NCBI RefSeq assembly: GCF_046119375.1
Contig: NW_027362769.1
Location: 186,496,001 to 186,560,000, forward strand
DNA length: 64,000 nucleotides
Reading direction: 5' to 3'
Origin: Phyllobates terribilis
Taxonomy: Eukaryota
Both the position numbers and the translations under genes were made by a program. Shown here piece after piece: positions 1-13,426 of the stretch. Numbering within the stretch: the stretch's first letter is position 1; every line of letters starts with the position of its first letter. The notes under the pieces are model-generated. The model worked only from the letters and a program-made list of their open reading frames with translations, had not been told where the DNA came from and did not search any database.

Positions 1-1997
1 ACTCAGCCTCATCAGGAGCATGCCCAGGCGTTGTAGGGAGGTCATACAGGCACGTGGAGGCCACACACAATACTGAGCCTCATCTGGAGCATGCCCAGGC
101 GTTGTAGGGAGGTCATACAGGCACGTGGAGGCCACACAATACTCAGCCTCATCAGGAGCATGCCCAGGCGTTGTAGGGAGGTCATACAGGCACGTGGAGG
201 TCACACACAATACTCAGCCTCATCAGGAGCATGCCCAGGCGTTGTAGGGAGGTCATACAGGCACGTGGAGGCCACACACAATACTCAGCCTCATCAGGAG
301 CATGCCCAGGGTTGTAGGGAGGTCATACAGGCACGTGGAGGCCACACACAATACTCAGCCTCATCAGGAGCATGCCCAGGCGTTGTAGGGAGGTCATACA
401 GGCACGTGGAGGCCACACACAATACTCAGCCTCATCAGGAGCATGCCCAGGCATTGTAGGGAGGTCATACAGGCACGTGGAGGTCACACACAATACTCAG
501 CCTCATCAGGAGCATGCCCAGGCGTTGTAGGGAGGTCATACAGGCACGTGGAGGCCACACACAATACTCAGCCTCATCAGGAGCATGCCCAGGCGTTGTA
601 GGGAGGTCATACAGGCACGTGGAGGCCACACACAATACTCAGCCTCATCAGGAGCATGCCCAGGCGTTGTAGGGAGGTCATACAGGCACGTGGAGGCCAC
701 ACACAATACTCAGCCTCATCAGGAGCATGCCCAGGCCTTGTAGGGAGGTCATACAGGCACGTGGAGGCCACACACAATACTCAGCCTCATCAGGAGCATG
801 CCCAGGCGTTGTAGGGAGGTCATACAGGCACGTGGAGGCCACACGCAATACTCAGCCTCATCAGGAGCATGCCCAGGCGTTGTAGGGAGGTCATACAGGC
901 ACGTGGAGGCCACACACAATACTCAGCCTCATCAGGAGCATGCCCAGGCGTTGTAGGGAGGTCATACAGGCACGTGGAGGCCACACACAATACTCAGCCT
1001 CATCAGGAGCATGCCCAGGCGTTGTAGGGAGTTCATACAGGCACGTGGAGTCCACACACAATACTCAGCCTCATCAGGAGCATGCCCAGGCGTTGTAGGG
1101 AGGTCATACAGGCACGTGGAGGCCACACACAATACTCAGCCTCATCAGGAGCATGCCCAGGCGTTGTAGGGAGGTCATACAGGCACGTGGAGGCCACACA
1201 CAATACTCAGCCTCATCAGGAGCATGCCCAGGCGTTGTAGGGAGGTCATACAGGCACGTGGAGGCCACACACAATACTCAGCCTCATCAGGAGCATGCCC
1301 AGGCGTTGTAGGGAGGTCATACAGGCACGTGGAGGCCACACACAATACTCAGCCTCATCAGGAGCATGCCCAGGCGTTGTAGGGAGGTCATACAGGCACG
1401 TGGAGGCCACACGCAATACTCAGCCTCATCAGGAGCATGCCCAGGCGTTGTAGGGAGGTCATACAGGCACATGGAGGCCACACACAATACTCAGCCTCAT
1501 CAGGAGCATGCCCAGGCATTGTAGGGAGGTCATACAGGCACGTGGAGGCCACACACAATACTCAGCCTCATCAGGAGCATGCCCAGGCGTTGTAGGGAGT
1601 TCACACAGGCACGTGGAGTCCACACACAATACTCAGCCTCATCAGGAGCATGCCCAGGCGTTGTAGGGAGGTCATACAGGCACGTGGAGGCCACACACAA
1701 TACTCAGCCTCATCAGGAGCATGCCCAGGCGTTGTAGGGAGGTCATACAGGCACGTGGAGGCCACACACAATACTCAGCCTCATCAGGAGCATGCCCAGG
1801 CGTTGTAGGGAGGTCATACAGGCACGTGGAGGCCACACACAATACTCAGCCTCATCAGGAGCATGTCCAGGCGTTGTAGGGAGGTCATACAGGCACGTGG
1901 AGGCCACACGCAATACTCAGCCTCATCAGGAGCATGCCCAGGCGTTGTAGGGAGGTCATACAGGCACGTGGAGGCCACACACAATACTCAGCGTCAT
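1..1997. repeat. 71-bp tandem array, about 28 copies in the window (truncated on the left)
   Basis: Unit ACTCAGCCTCATCAGGAGCATGCCCAGGCGTTGTAGGGAGGTCATACAGGCACGTGGAGGCCACACACAAT, near-identical copies. Confidence 0.97.
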
Positions 1998-2248
1998 TGT
2001 GACTTGTTTTAAGGACATTACATCACAGTTGGATCAGCCTGTAGTGTGTTTTTCCACTTTAATTTTGGGGGTGACTCCAAATCCAGGCCTCCATTGGTTA
2101 ATAAATGTGATTTCCATTGATGATTTTTGTGTGATTTTGTTGTCAGCACATTCAGCTTTCTACAGAACAAAGTATTCAATGAGAAGATTTCATTCATTCA
2201 CATCTAGGAGGGGGGATTTCATTGTTCCCTTTATGTTTTTGAGCCGTG
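1..2248 (+). mobile_element. Tc1/mariner element, 3' part (copy A; runs off the left edge) with internal 71-bp array
   Basis: The array unit encodes the Tc1 transposase C-terminus LIRSMPRRCREVIQARGGHTQY. 1998-2248 matches 15159-15409 of copy B and ends in TIR ...TTTTTGAGCCGTG followed by TA. Confidence 0.9.
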
Positions 2249-3167
2249 TATTATGGTATTTGTTATTGGCATAGTTTTCAGCAGGGTATTATCATTGGCT
2301 TTATGCTTCTCTTTGGGTTACTGTACCCTATTTGTACTTGTTCCAGTCCGATGAAGTTTGAGGTTTTTATCATTGTCTTGTTTGTGTTTACAATAAAATG
2401 TAACAATATCCTTTTATGTATTTGTGGATTTGGATGCGCTTTCTCTCCTTGTGTATCTTCTTCTGTGTTTTCTTCTCGACTGTGACCGCTCCATGCACGT
2501 CCCTATGGCTGAAAGCGCGCGGCTTCCAGGAGGAGAGAAGTTCATTTCCTCCCGTTCCCTCGCCTTCAGTTAGGCGACCAGGCAGCATTTTAACGCTATA
2601 TATCCGCAGAACAGACTGTCTAGACTCGATACAATTGTGACAAACCTACAGCTGTGAGATGTTTTTCTCCATATAGTGTATGTGCCCCTCCACAGTTATC
2701 TCCAGGATCTCTTCTGACCCCATTCTGCATCCATAGACGTTAATATGGAGTCGTCCTCTGCAGATATAACGGCTCCGCTCTTCTGGGGTTTCTACAAGAT
2801 TTTGAAGGGAAGGCGTCTGTGGGAATTTTTGCCCCTTCCTCCAGAAGATCATTTGTGGGGTCAGACCCTGATGTTGGGGGGAGGCTCACAGTCTCCATTA
2901 TCAGTTTAGCGTGGGGCCGGGGTCCGGGCTCTGTGCGGCTGCTCATGTCCCCCTCCCATGTCTGTATGGAGCTTGTGCACTGTGCGCAGTAATGGGGGGC
3001 AGATAAGGGTCTTCCCCAGACTGTTCCCACAAAGCTGAAGATATAATTGTCCACAATGTCTTGTGCTGAAGATTAAGATTTCCCATCTCTGGAGCTGAGG
3101 GTCCGCGGCCGCCCCCTGATAACAGCCCATAGCATTATCCTCCTCCACCATCTGTACAGCGACACAA

Positions 3168-3590
3168 TGCAGTCGGGGGGTAACGTCCTACTGGAATCAC
3201 CAGACTCCTCCATCAGACGCAGATAGAGAAGTGCGATCCGTCACTGCACAGAACACGTCTCCTCCAGAGTCCAGTAGTGGCGCCTTTAGACCACTCTATC
3301 CGACGCTTGGCATTGTGCTTGGTGATGTACGGCTGCAGGCAGCTGCTCGGCCATGAAGCTCCCGGCGGGGGCGCAGTGCTGATATCAGAGGAGGTCTGGA
3401 CTCTGCAGTTATGGGGTCAGCAGAGTGGCGGGGACTTTTCTGCCCTCTGCTTGTCAGCACTCAGCCCCCCACTCTATAATGTTACAGGGTCTCCACTTTG
3501 TGACTGAGTTGCTGCGGTTCCATACACTTCTCAATAATATCACTCACAGGTGATGGGGAAAGATCCAGGAGGAAGAAATGTCATGGACGG
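3168..3590 (-). mobile_element. Degenerate Tc1-like transposase remnant
   Basis: Recognised by resemblance to decayed Tc1 5' coding sequence (e.g. CCACTCTATCCGACGCTTGGCATTG); no intact ORF or TIRs. Confidence 0.45.
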
Positions 3591-4077
3591 ACTTGTTACC
3601 CCGGTGGCTCCGATTACAGGACCGCGCTGGTATCAGGGAGCTCTGCACCACCGGCCGCTCTGTCACATGCTGGTAATGGTGGCATGTGGGGGGCTGGAGG
3701 TTATACACCAGGGGCAATGGGACTGAAGGCGGCGTCAGAGCTGAATGATTGGGATGTGCGTCCCTGTACTTTTCTCCATACAGAGTATATACTGCTGATA
3801 GCTGTGTACAGTGGTCTCCTAACTGACCATGGGGGCAAGTAGGACCTCGCTCCTCAGCTAATTCCAGTGTGAACTTACAGCCTCATTTCTAGCTATGTGG
3901 GCACAGACCCTGCCGTGGCGGCTGGCAGTGACATTTTCTGGGCTTAGCTGATTATAAAATGGAAAGCTGATAATAACCGGACTCTCTGTTGGACTCTTCT
4001 GCGCGGCGTCCCGACAACCTGTCACTTCTACGCTCTCATTTGTATCTCGCTTTTTCCTGTGACTTCAGCCACATATA

Positions 4078-5588
4078 CAGTTGAAACATAATGTTTAATA
4101 TTTGCCAAATGCCAGAATAATGACAGAGAGAGAAGGTTTAAGGCATTTTTATTACTTACTGCAAAGTCAAAAGTTTCCCTACATTTCATTAGTATTTGGT
4201 TCCATTGCCCTTAACCTGAATGACTTGGGTCAGACGTTTGGGATTTCCTTCCACAGCTTCTCACAATAGTTGGTGGAATTTGGGCTGATTCCTCCTGACA
4301 AAACTGGTGTAACTGATCCAGGTCTGTAGGTCCCCTTGCTCGGCGCTCGCAGCCTTTTCAGCTTTGCCCCATAAATTCTAAATAGGATTGAGATCAGGGC
4401 TTTGTGATGGCCGCTCCAAAACATGGATTTTGTTACCCTTAAGTCACTTTGTTACCATTTTGGCAGTATGCTTCAGGTCATTGTCCATTTGGAAGACCCA
4501 TTTCCGCTCAAGCTTTACATTCCTGGCTGATGTCTTGAGATGTTGCTTCAGTATTGCCACATAATCTTCTTTTCTCATGATGGCATCTATTTTGTGAAGT
4601 GCACCAGTCCCTCCTGCAGCAAAACAACCCCACAACATGATGCTGCCACAGCCATGTTTCACAGTTGGGATGGTGTTCTTAGGCTTCCAAGCTTCTACCT
4701 TTTTCCTCCAAACGATGGTCATTATGCGCAAAAGGTACAATTTTAGTTTCATCAAACCACAGGACATGTCTCCAAAAATTAAGGTCTTTGTTCCTGTGTG
4801 CATTTGCAAACATTAATCTGGCTTTTTTATGTTTCTTTTGGAGTAATGGCTTCTTCCTGGCAGAGTGGCCTTTCAGCCCATGTTGATACAGTACTCGTTT
4901 CACTGTGGACAGTGATACAATCTTACCAGCTTCTGCCATCGTCTTCACAAGGTCTTTTGCTTTTGTCCTTGGGATGATATGCACATGTCGGACCAAAGCA
5001 CGTTCATCTCTGGGACACAGAACCCGTCTCCTTCCTGAGCGGTATGATGGCTGGACATTCCCATCTTGTTTGTATTTGCGTATAATTGTTTGTACAGATG
5101 AACGAGGCACCTTCAGGGATCTTGAAATTGTACCCAAGGATGATCCAGACTTGTGCAAGTCCACAATTCTCTTCCTGATATCTTGGCTGATTTCTTTAGA
5201 CTTTCCCGTGATGCTACACAAAGAAGCAGTGTGTTTCAGGTGTGCATTAAAATACATCCACAGGTGTGTCTCTAATTAACTCAGATGTTGCCAAAAAAAC
5301 TATCAGAAGCTTCCAAACACATGACATCATCATATGGGCCGTCCAGAATTGTTTAAAGGCATAGTAATCTTAGTGTATGGAAACTTTTGACTTTGCAGGA
5401 AGTAATAAAAATGCCTTAAAACCTTCTCTCTCTCTCATTATTCTGGCATTTGGCAAATATTAAACATTATGGTATAATCCTAATTGACCTAAAACGGGAA
5501 AGGTTTATTCTGATTTCATGTCAGATATTGAGAAAAACCTGCAGATGTGTCTTTATATAAAGTGGATGGAAACTGCTGGGTTCAACTG
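4078..5588 (-). mobile_element. Sleeping Beauty-like Tc1 (IR/DR type), defective
   Basis: TA|CAGTTGAA ... TTCAACTG|TA; inner inverted repeats about 4090-4200 vs 5370-5470. Minus-strand (T)GKSKEISQDIRKRIVDLHKSGSSLG...FDETK...KHGCGSIMLWGCF...QMDNDLKH closely resembles SB transposase. Start codon is ACG; frameshifts and stops present. Confidence 0.92.
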
Positions 5589-8500
5589 TATATATAATTA
5601 TAGCAGAATCTGGACCATCCAGGGGTGAAAGCCGTAACAAGGCAGAATGGACGCACGGGATGGACTGTGTTGGTTTTTGAGGTGTTGTCCAATGTAATCT
5701 CACTTTCTATTAACCCTTCGCCTTCAGAGGATCTGATAATCCCGCACATATCCGCAATATAAAGTGAAATGTTGAGACACTTAGTAGCAAATTACGTGGC
5801 CTTTTGTTATGTCTTATAATAATTGGAGTCAGAAGGTTGTGTCATAGGGAGGAAACGCTGCACTTTTTGCATTTAAGTTTGAGGATGAGAAAGAATGATC
5901 CTCATCACCCATCACTCCATCCCGGGAAAGTGCGAATCCCGGGAATTATCCATACACAAAGCAGATGACATCAAGGATGTGCTGTAGTATACGGTCACGA
6001 CAGATCTGAAGCTTTCTTACACTGGACCGAGCACAGAAATACTGATCCCTGGGCACGTACACATTGCTCCGCACACTGCAGCTCTGCACACGGGGATCTG
6101 GTAACACTGCACAGAATGTCCTAGCACCACAGTCCCAAAGTTCACAGTCCATTTACCGACCTCCATAAAAAGTTGCTTTGGGCTAAGTGCACACAACGTC
6201 TTCTTCACGGTGGATTCTGCTGTGAAAACGGCCCGAAAATCCTATCGGAAAACGCTTGAGAGAATGAACCTATCTATACATGTCTATGGAAAAACGACTC
6301 GTTGTTCATATGTTCGTGCTTTTTGAAGTCTGTTAAACACTTCAGGTGTCTAAAGATATTTCACTATGGCACAAGTCAATGAGAAAGCTCAAAATATGCA
6401 CAGAAGACGCCCGGATGTCGTTTAAGGATTTGATATGGTGCTTTCAAAAAAAAAAACGTTATCGGCTAATGAACAGATAACTACAGTAAAGAAGATGTCA
6501 CAAAAACCATGTGAAAATCCTTCAAAAAACTGCCAGCAGCCAAAGCCATCCAATAAATACTCTGGAAACGACGGAAAAAACAACATAAAAGATGACTCTG
6601 GGGGGAAGCACCAGAGTTTCCTGGAGTGTTTCTGCTAGAAAAGCTCGGCAGGTTCGCCTGGGTTTACACGTCGTGTCACACACACAGTTTCTGCTCAGAA
6701 AACTCAGCGAGAAGATGCGGCGTGCACAAAGCCGGAGTTTACGTCTTACTGTCAAATGCATAAAAGGCAAATGATCAAATCCATCCAAAGTCCAAACAGA
6801 TAAGAAAAAGCAAATCACAAGATCATCGGCAGCCTCGGAAATAAGCGAAGGGCTGGAAATGGGCAGAGGGACTAATCCCCTGGGGTCTGCGTGTACTGTG
6901 CTGGGGGCCACAATAAGTGCCGGGCCCTGGAGCCCAAAAAGTCTATGAATATAGACCAATACTATTAAAGACTTGCAATAATTGGGGCCCCGTTGGAGGT
7001 TTTGCACTGGGGCCCATGAGTTTTAAGTCATGCCACTGCGCAGAGACGACTCCTGTATACATTGTATACACCTGTATATTACAGTCCGGTCCTGTGCACC
7101 TCACTACATCCTGCCTCTGGGGCACAGGACGGCCATTACCAGGTGGCACAGGCAGGACGAGCTCAGTGTATATACATATATACATCACCACCATCATAAG
7201 GAAGGCTGAATATGGCCAATAGTATACACGCCCCTGCGCAGGTGGAGCAGATCACCTGCCGGTGGCTCTCGCTGAGGCTCTGGCGACTGTGGCAGCTGCA
7301 TTGTGAGGACGGTAACATTCGGCATTGTTTTCATGTAACACGAGGCAGCGAGACAATGACGGCTCCAGTATCAATATCTCCTAGACAATGCCTGCAGTCA
7401 TTTAAAGGGCAAGTAGTCACCGACTGGATCTCTGGCCCATTGCAGCAACACTTTACCAATTCTTCATCTGCAACATTATAAAAATCCACCGAGCGGATGC
7501 AAAGTTCTTAGGAGCAGAATAACGGAGGCGTCTCTGGCTGCGAGCCCAGCTATATCCTATTACCAGCAGCGGGACGCAGGCGACATCTCTACTCGCAGCT
7601 CCGCTCGTATCACGTACTGAAGAGCGTCACCGTAAATTATAACTATTGACGGGCGGTAAATTCATAATCGCTTTTTTCTCCGGCGCACAATAATCTCCTC
7701 TGGCAAAACGGAAAACCTAATTCTTCCCATTTTTTTTATGATCCATTGTCACAAAAAGAACCTTGGGAGAAAGAGAGGAAAAAAAAAAGACACAAAATCC
7801 ACGTCCACAATAATAACCGGACCACACAACACCCCGGCATTAACCCTTCGTGTGCTCGGGGCAGATGTCTCCAGCCTGCGGATCATGACAGAGGTCACGG
7901 CTTTGGTTACCTGGCTGCTGCATTGTTAGGTATCCACAAGCCTCAGGGCCCCCGGGTCACAATGACGTCCCAGCCCTGCAGAGTTGGGTTACCCCAGGGT
8001 CACCGCACAATGGCATCATGTGATTGCGACCAACGTCCCGGGGGTCTCCCCATAACATAGGGCCCAGTGCGGATGTGTTCACACCCCCCTGCTTACCATT
8101 CTCAGAAGAGAGGTGTGTTCCGGTCATTCTGCGGCGTGGCCCCCATCATCTCGCAGTCCGGCTGGGAATTCTGCATATTCCAGGATGCAGGGAGCATTGT
8201 TCTGCAGATGGTGGTACCTGCTGGGGGTCGCCGTGCCGTACCTCACAATGAGTGTGCGGCGGTGGGTGTGTAGTCGGGGTGTGGGTCGGGGTCCCTGTGT
8301 CTCCTGCAGATGTCTGTTCCTATAGGTGGGGTGCACGTCGTTGCAGGGTGCAGGTGGGGTGCACGTCGTTGCAGGGTGCAGGTGGGCTGCCTCTACCTGG
8401 ATATTGTGTGTGTCAGGCTCCCGGCCGCTTCTTTGTGTGCGGGCTCTGCAGAAGCTGGCTTTGCATTGAGAATAAGCCTGGAGCAGCCCCCTCCTCCTCC

Positions 8501-9209
8501 TCCTCCATCACTGCTCACTCCCCTCCTCCTCCCTCTGCTCTGTCCCTATGAATCAGCTCTGCCCTCCCTCACTTGCTCATCTTCCAGAGAGGGTCCAGCT
8601 ACACTGGCAGCCCTTTTGGTTTCACTGGTGGCCATGGTAACGGGGGGCAGGGAACCATGGCGGGGTCCCTGGGCTGTCACATGAGCTTCCATGAATGACT
8701 GTACCGCATCACCCCTGCAGCAAGGGCCGTGCGGACTACACAGCCCAGATGTAAGGACTGGGGTCAAAGGGGCAGGTGGGGCACATTATTAGTGATATTC
8801 TATAACACCAACACAGTCTGCGGCGCTGTACAAGACAGAAAAGACAGAAAATCCTTTTTATCTATTTTGTCACATTACAACCTGTGTAAATATTTTTGTA
8901 ATCCGATTTGTGTGTGATGTATCAGCACTAAATAGTCTAAGTTAGTGAAGTGAAGTAAGAAAAATCTAGGCATAAATTACATTTATGGGATCAAATAACT
9001 AAAAATTGTCATGTGCATATGTATTCACCCATTTTGCTAAGAAGCCTCTAATAATTTCTGGTGCAAGCAATTCCCTTCCTAAGTCCCATGCTCAGTGACA
9101 GGACGTCCTCCTGTGTGCAATCTAATGTCACATGTCTGTCAGTATATACACTTTACCTTTTCTGTAAGGTCACAGAAGCTGCAACGCCATTAACAAGAGG
9201 CACCACTAA

Positions 9210-9558
9210 CCAAACAACACCATGAAGACCAAGGAGATCTCCAAACACCACCATGAAGACCAAGGAGATCTCCAAACAACACCATGAAGACCAAGGAAAG
9301 CTCCAAACAACACCATGAAGACCAAGGAGATCTCCAAACACCACCATGAAGACCAAGGAGATCTCCAAACACCACCATGAAGACCAAGGAAATCTCCAAA
9401 CAACACCATGAAGACCAAGGAGACCTCCAGACACCACCATGAAGACCAAGGAGATCTCCAGACACCACCATGAAGACCAACGAGATCTCCAAACACCACC
9501 ATGAAGACCAAGGAGATCCCCAAACAGCACCATGAAGACCAAGGAGATCTCCAAACAA
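9210..9558. repeat. 31-bp tandem array (11 copies) amplifying the transposase start codon
   Basis: Unit CAACACCATGAAGACCAAGGAGATCTCCAAA; ATGs at 9222, 9253 ... 9532. Confidence 0.95.
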
Positions 9559-10295
9559 GTCAAGGAAAAAGTTGGAAAAAGTTGTTGAGAAGTACAAATC
9601 AGTGTTGGGTTATAAAAACATCTCCCAATCTCTGATGATCTCTGGAGCACCATCAAATCCATTATCATCAAATGGAAAGAACAAGGTACCACAACAAACC
9701 TGCCAAGAGAAGGTGCCCACCAAAACTCTCAGCCCGGGCAACGAGGGCATTAATCAGAGAGGCAGCGCAGAGGCCAAAGGAAACCCTGATGGAGCTGCAG
9801 AGTTCCCAAGCAGAGACTGGAGTATCTGTCCATATGACTACAATAAGCCGTATACTCCATAGAAGTGGCCTTTCAGGACGAGTGGGCTGAAAAAAAAGCC
9901 TTTACTTATACTCAAAAATTGTAAGGCTCGTTTGGAGCTTGCCATAAGACATGTGGGAGACTCCCCAAATCTATGGAGGAAGGTGCTGTGGTGAGAGGAG
10001 GCCAAAATTGAACTTTTTGGCCACCAAGGTAAACGCTATATATGGCGCCAAACTAACACAGCTCATCACCCCAAGAACACAATCCCCACAGTGGGACATG
10101 GTGGTGGCAGCATCAAGCTGTGGGGAGGTTTTTCAGCAGCAGGGACAGGGAAAATGGTCTGAGTCGAGGGGAAGATGGATGGTTTGAAATACAGGGATAT
10201 TCTTGAGAAAAACCTGTTACAATCTGTCAGTGATTTGACACTGGGACGGAGGTTCACCTTCCAACAAGACAATGACCCAAAGCATACTGCTAAAG

Positions 10296-11399
10296 CAGGG
10301 GTCTCGAACACGTGGCCCTTCAGGCTGCTTCATGCGGCCCGCAGGCACCATAGACCCCGATCGCGGCCCGGTCCATGAGCTGCCGGCAGCTGCGCTTCAG
10401 TTCAGTGTATTGCTGTGCAGAGACCGGCTCTCCGCACAGCAATACCAGTGTCAGCCACCGGCCTATCAGAGGTCAGCAGCTGATCTCTGCGTCCCAGCGC
10501 ATCGGCGCATGACGTCACTGACACGCGCAGATGTCAGTTGCTGACCTCTGATAGGCCGGCGGCTGACACTGGTATTGCTGTGCGGAGAGCCAGTCTCTGC
10601 ACGGCAATACACTGAACTGAAGAGCAGCTGCCGGCAGCTCCTGGACCGAGCTGCAATCGGGGTCTATGGTGCTTGCGGACCACAGGTACAGAAAGGACGC
10701 CGAGGGAACGGAGGACAGGTGAGAAGAATCTTTTTTTTTTCTCTTGTATGTGTAGAACGGCACAAGGGACAGTCCTCCAAGATGGGGACCAGGCTGGGGA
10801 CAGTCCTCCAATATGGTGACCAGGCTGGGGACAGTCGTAAAAAATGGGGACCAGGCTGGAGACCGTCCTAAAAGATGGGGACCAGGCTGGGGACAGTCCT
10901 AAAAGATGGGGACCAGGCTGGGGACAGTCCTAAAACATGGGGACCAGGCTGGGGACATTACAAGAGGGGGACCAGGCTGGGGACATATCTACAATATGGG
11001 GACCGGTATGTGACATTACGACAATATGGGGCCCAGTATGGAATATTATGACAAGATGGGGACAAAGATGGGGGACATTACAAGATGCAGACCAGGGTGG
11101 GGCACATTACTACAAGATTTTGGCAGAAAAACTTCAAAATAAAGCATGAAAAAATATTTTGCCACTAAAAATGCTGCTTTATATATAAACTAAAGTAAAC
11201 AAAAAAGTGCACGTTTTATTATCGCCACATCCATAACGACCCAAGCTATAAAAAATAAAATGGCAAAAATGTTCAAAAGGTGAATAGAAAAAAAAAATGG
11301 TATCACTAAAATGTCACTTTGTCCTGCAAAGAATGCGGCCCCCAAATTAAATTTTTTTCCATGTGTGGCCCATATACCCAGCCGAGTTTGAGACCCCTG
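10296..11399. mobile_element. Non-autonomous hAT (Buster/Charlie type) element, copy 1
   Basis: TIR CAGGGGTCTC(G/A)AAC ... GTTTGAGACCCCTG; perfect 8-bp TSD TGCTAAAG (10288-10295, 11400-11407). Confidence 0.93.
10780..11100. repeat. 31-bp G-rich minisatellite inside hAT copy 1
   Basis: Unit about GATGGGGACCAGGCTGGGGACAGTCCTAAAA, degenerating toward the 3' side. Confidence 0.8.
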
Positions 11400-13426
11400 T
11401 GCTAAAGCAACACTCGAATGGTTTAAGGTGAAACGTGGAAATGTTCTGGTCACAGCTCAGACCTTAAGCCAATGGAGAATCTGTGGTCAGACGTGAAGAT
11501 CGCTGTTCTCCAGAGGAAACATCTAACCTGAAGGAGCTGGAGCAGTTTTGCCTTGAAGAATGGGCAGAAATTCCAGTGGCCAGATGTGGAAAGCTCATAG
11601 AGACTTATCCAAAGCGACTGCAGCTGTAACGGCCGCAAATGGAGCCTCCACAAAGTACAGAGATTAGGGGTGTGAATAGTTATGCACACTGAAGCTTTCC
11701 GTTATTTTGTCCTATTTGTTGTTCATTTCACAATAAAAAGAAAACCAAATTTTCACAGTTGTCGGCATGTTCTTTACGTGAACTGATACAAACCTTCAAA
11801 AAAAAAGTTATATTCCAGAATGTGAGGTAGCAAAAAACGAAAACTGCCAAGGGGGTGAATACCTTTGCAACCCACTGTACATCCAAAATCAGAGACCGAG
11901 GAGTCTTTCTAGCCATAAAAATCAATTCATTTTATTCCAGACTCACTAAAAATGCAACTGCATAAACATTTTTTTAACAATCAGATAAACAGGATGATAT
12001 GGCAAGAAAAGAAAAATGTTCTTACACATAGCTGGGCCAATAAAGAAGATTAAATGCATGGAATATCAAGATTACCCAAAAATTCCCAATGTTTGAAATA
12101 GCCGGAGCCATCATGTGTTTGTCTCACTCTCCACTCCTATTGGCCCCAACATGAGTTTCGCGTGTTGTTGTGAATGCATCCTCAGGAAACAATTCATAAA
12201 CCCCTGAAGAAGCTTTCATAATTACAGGCGAAACGCATGATCTGGGTTTTCAGACCATCTGACTGTCTTTTGGAAAAAAAATGGATAAAAAAAACAGACA
12301 TGCAAATTTAAAGGATCCAACGTTTTCCAGACTTTAATGTGCAATAAAGCAAATTCTTCCAGCTTTCACTTTTCACAGGATGGAGTGCAGCGGACTATGC
12401 TATTTCGATCCTTTAACCCCTTCCTGCTGCAGCCAAACTTCATTTTTGCACTTTCATTTTTTCCTCCCCTTTTTCCAAAAACGCTTTTACTTCTCTATCA
12501 ACCTAGATGTACGAGGGCTTGTTTTCTGTGGGACGAGTTGCAGTTATGAATGACGCCGTTCATTTTACTATTGAAATGTATGGGAAAAAATTCCAAATGC
12601 AGTAAATAGTTAGTAGTTATTGTTTTTGGATTTTGTTTTCACGGCGTTCATTTTGGGATTAGAATGACCTGGTAATACGATTCTCCAGGTCAGTCTGACT
12701 ACAGCGATACCAGACTCGTAAAGTTTGTGTTTTTATTTAGTGGTGAAAAAAAAATTCAGAAATTTGTAAATAAAAATAAAATAATAAATGGATTTGTCAC
12801 CATTTTCTGAGACCTGTGACTTTTATTTTTCCATCAATGGGGCGACGTGAGGGCTTGTTTTTTGAGTGGCGAGTTGACATATTTGTTGATACTATTTGGG
12901 GATACATAGAATATTTTCCTTACTTTTTAATGTGTTTTTTTGCAGACATGCAGTGACCAAAAAACAGCAGTTCTGGCGTTTTGATTTTAGTGCTTTACCG
13001 TACGGGTTAAAGAATTTCATATTTTGCTAGATCGGACTTTTACGGACACGGTGATACCAAAAATGTATTTTTTTGTTAAGTCTTTATTTTTAATGAGGGA
13101 GAAAGGTGTGACTTTAATTTATATATCTATATACACTGCTCAAAAAAATGGAACACTTACACAACAGAATATAACTCCAAGTAAATCAAACTTCTGTGAA
13201 ATCAAACTGTCCACTTAGGAAGCAACACTGATTGACAATCAATCTCACATGCTGTTGTGCAAATGGAATAGACAATAGATGGAAATTATTGGCAATTATC
13301 AAGACCCCCTCAATAAAGGAGTGGTTCTGCAGGTGGGGACCACAGACCACATCTCAGTACCAATGCTTTCTGGCTGATGTTTTGGTCACTTTTGAATGTT
13401 GGTTGTGCTTTCACACTCGTGGTAGC

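Larger units (their letters stand above)
8862..11877 (+). mobile_element. Passport-like Tc1, defective, 5' TIR missing, interrupted by a hAT element
   Basis: MKTKEISKQV start; RCPPKLSARATRALIREAAQRPKETL; [15 protein letters not shown]. The 3' part resumes at 11408 and ends in TIR ...GCAACCCACTG|TA. Left boundary approximate. Confidence 0.85.

Noticed and set aside
5946-6208. Cys-rich short minus-strand ORFs with a GTAAG donor at 6020
   Set aside because: No recognisable homology and no partner exon identified; adjacent sequence looks like a MITE.
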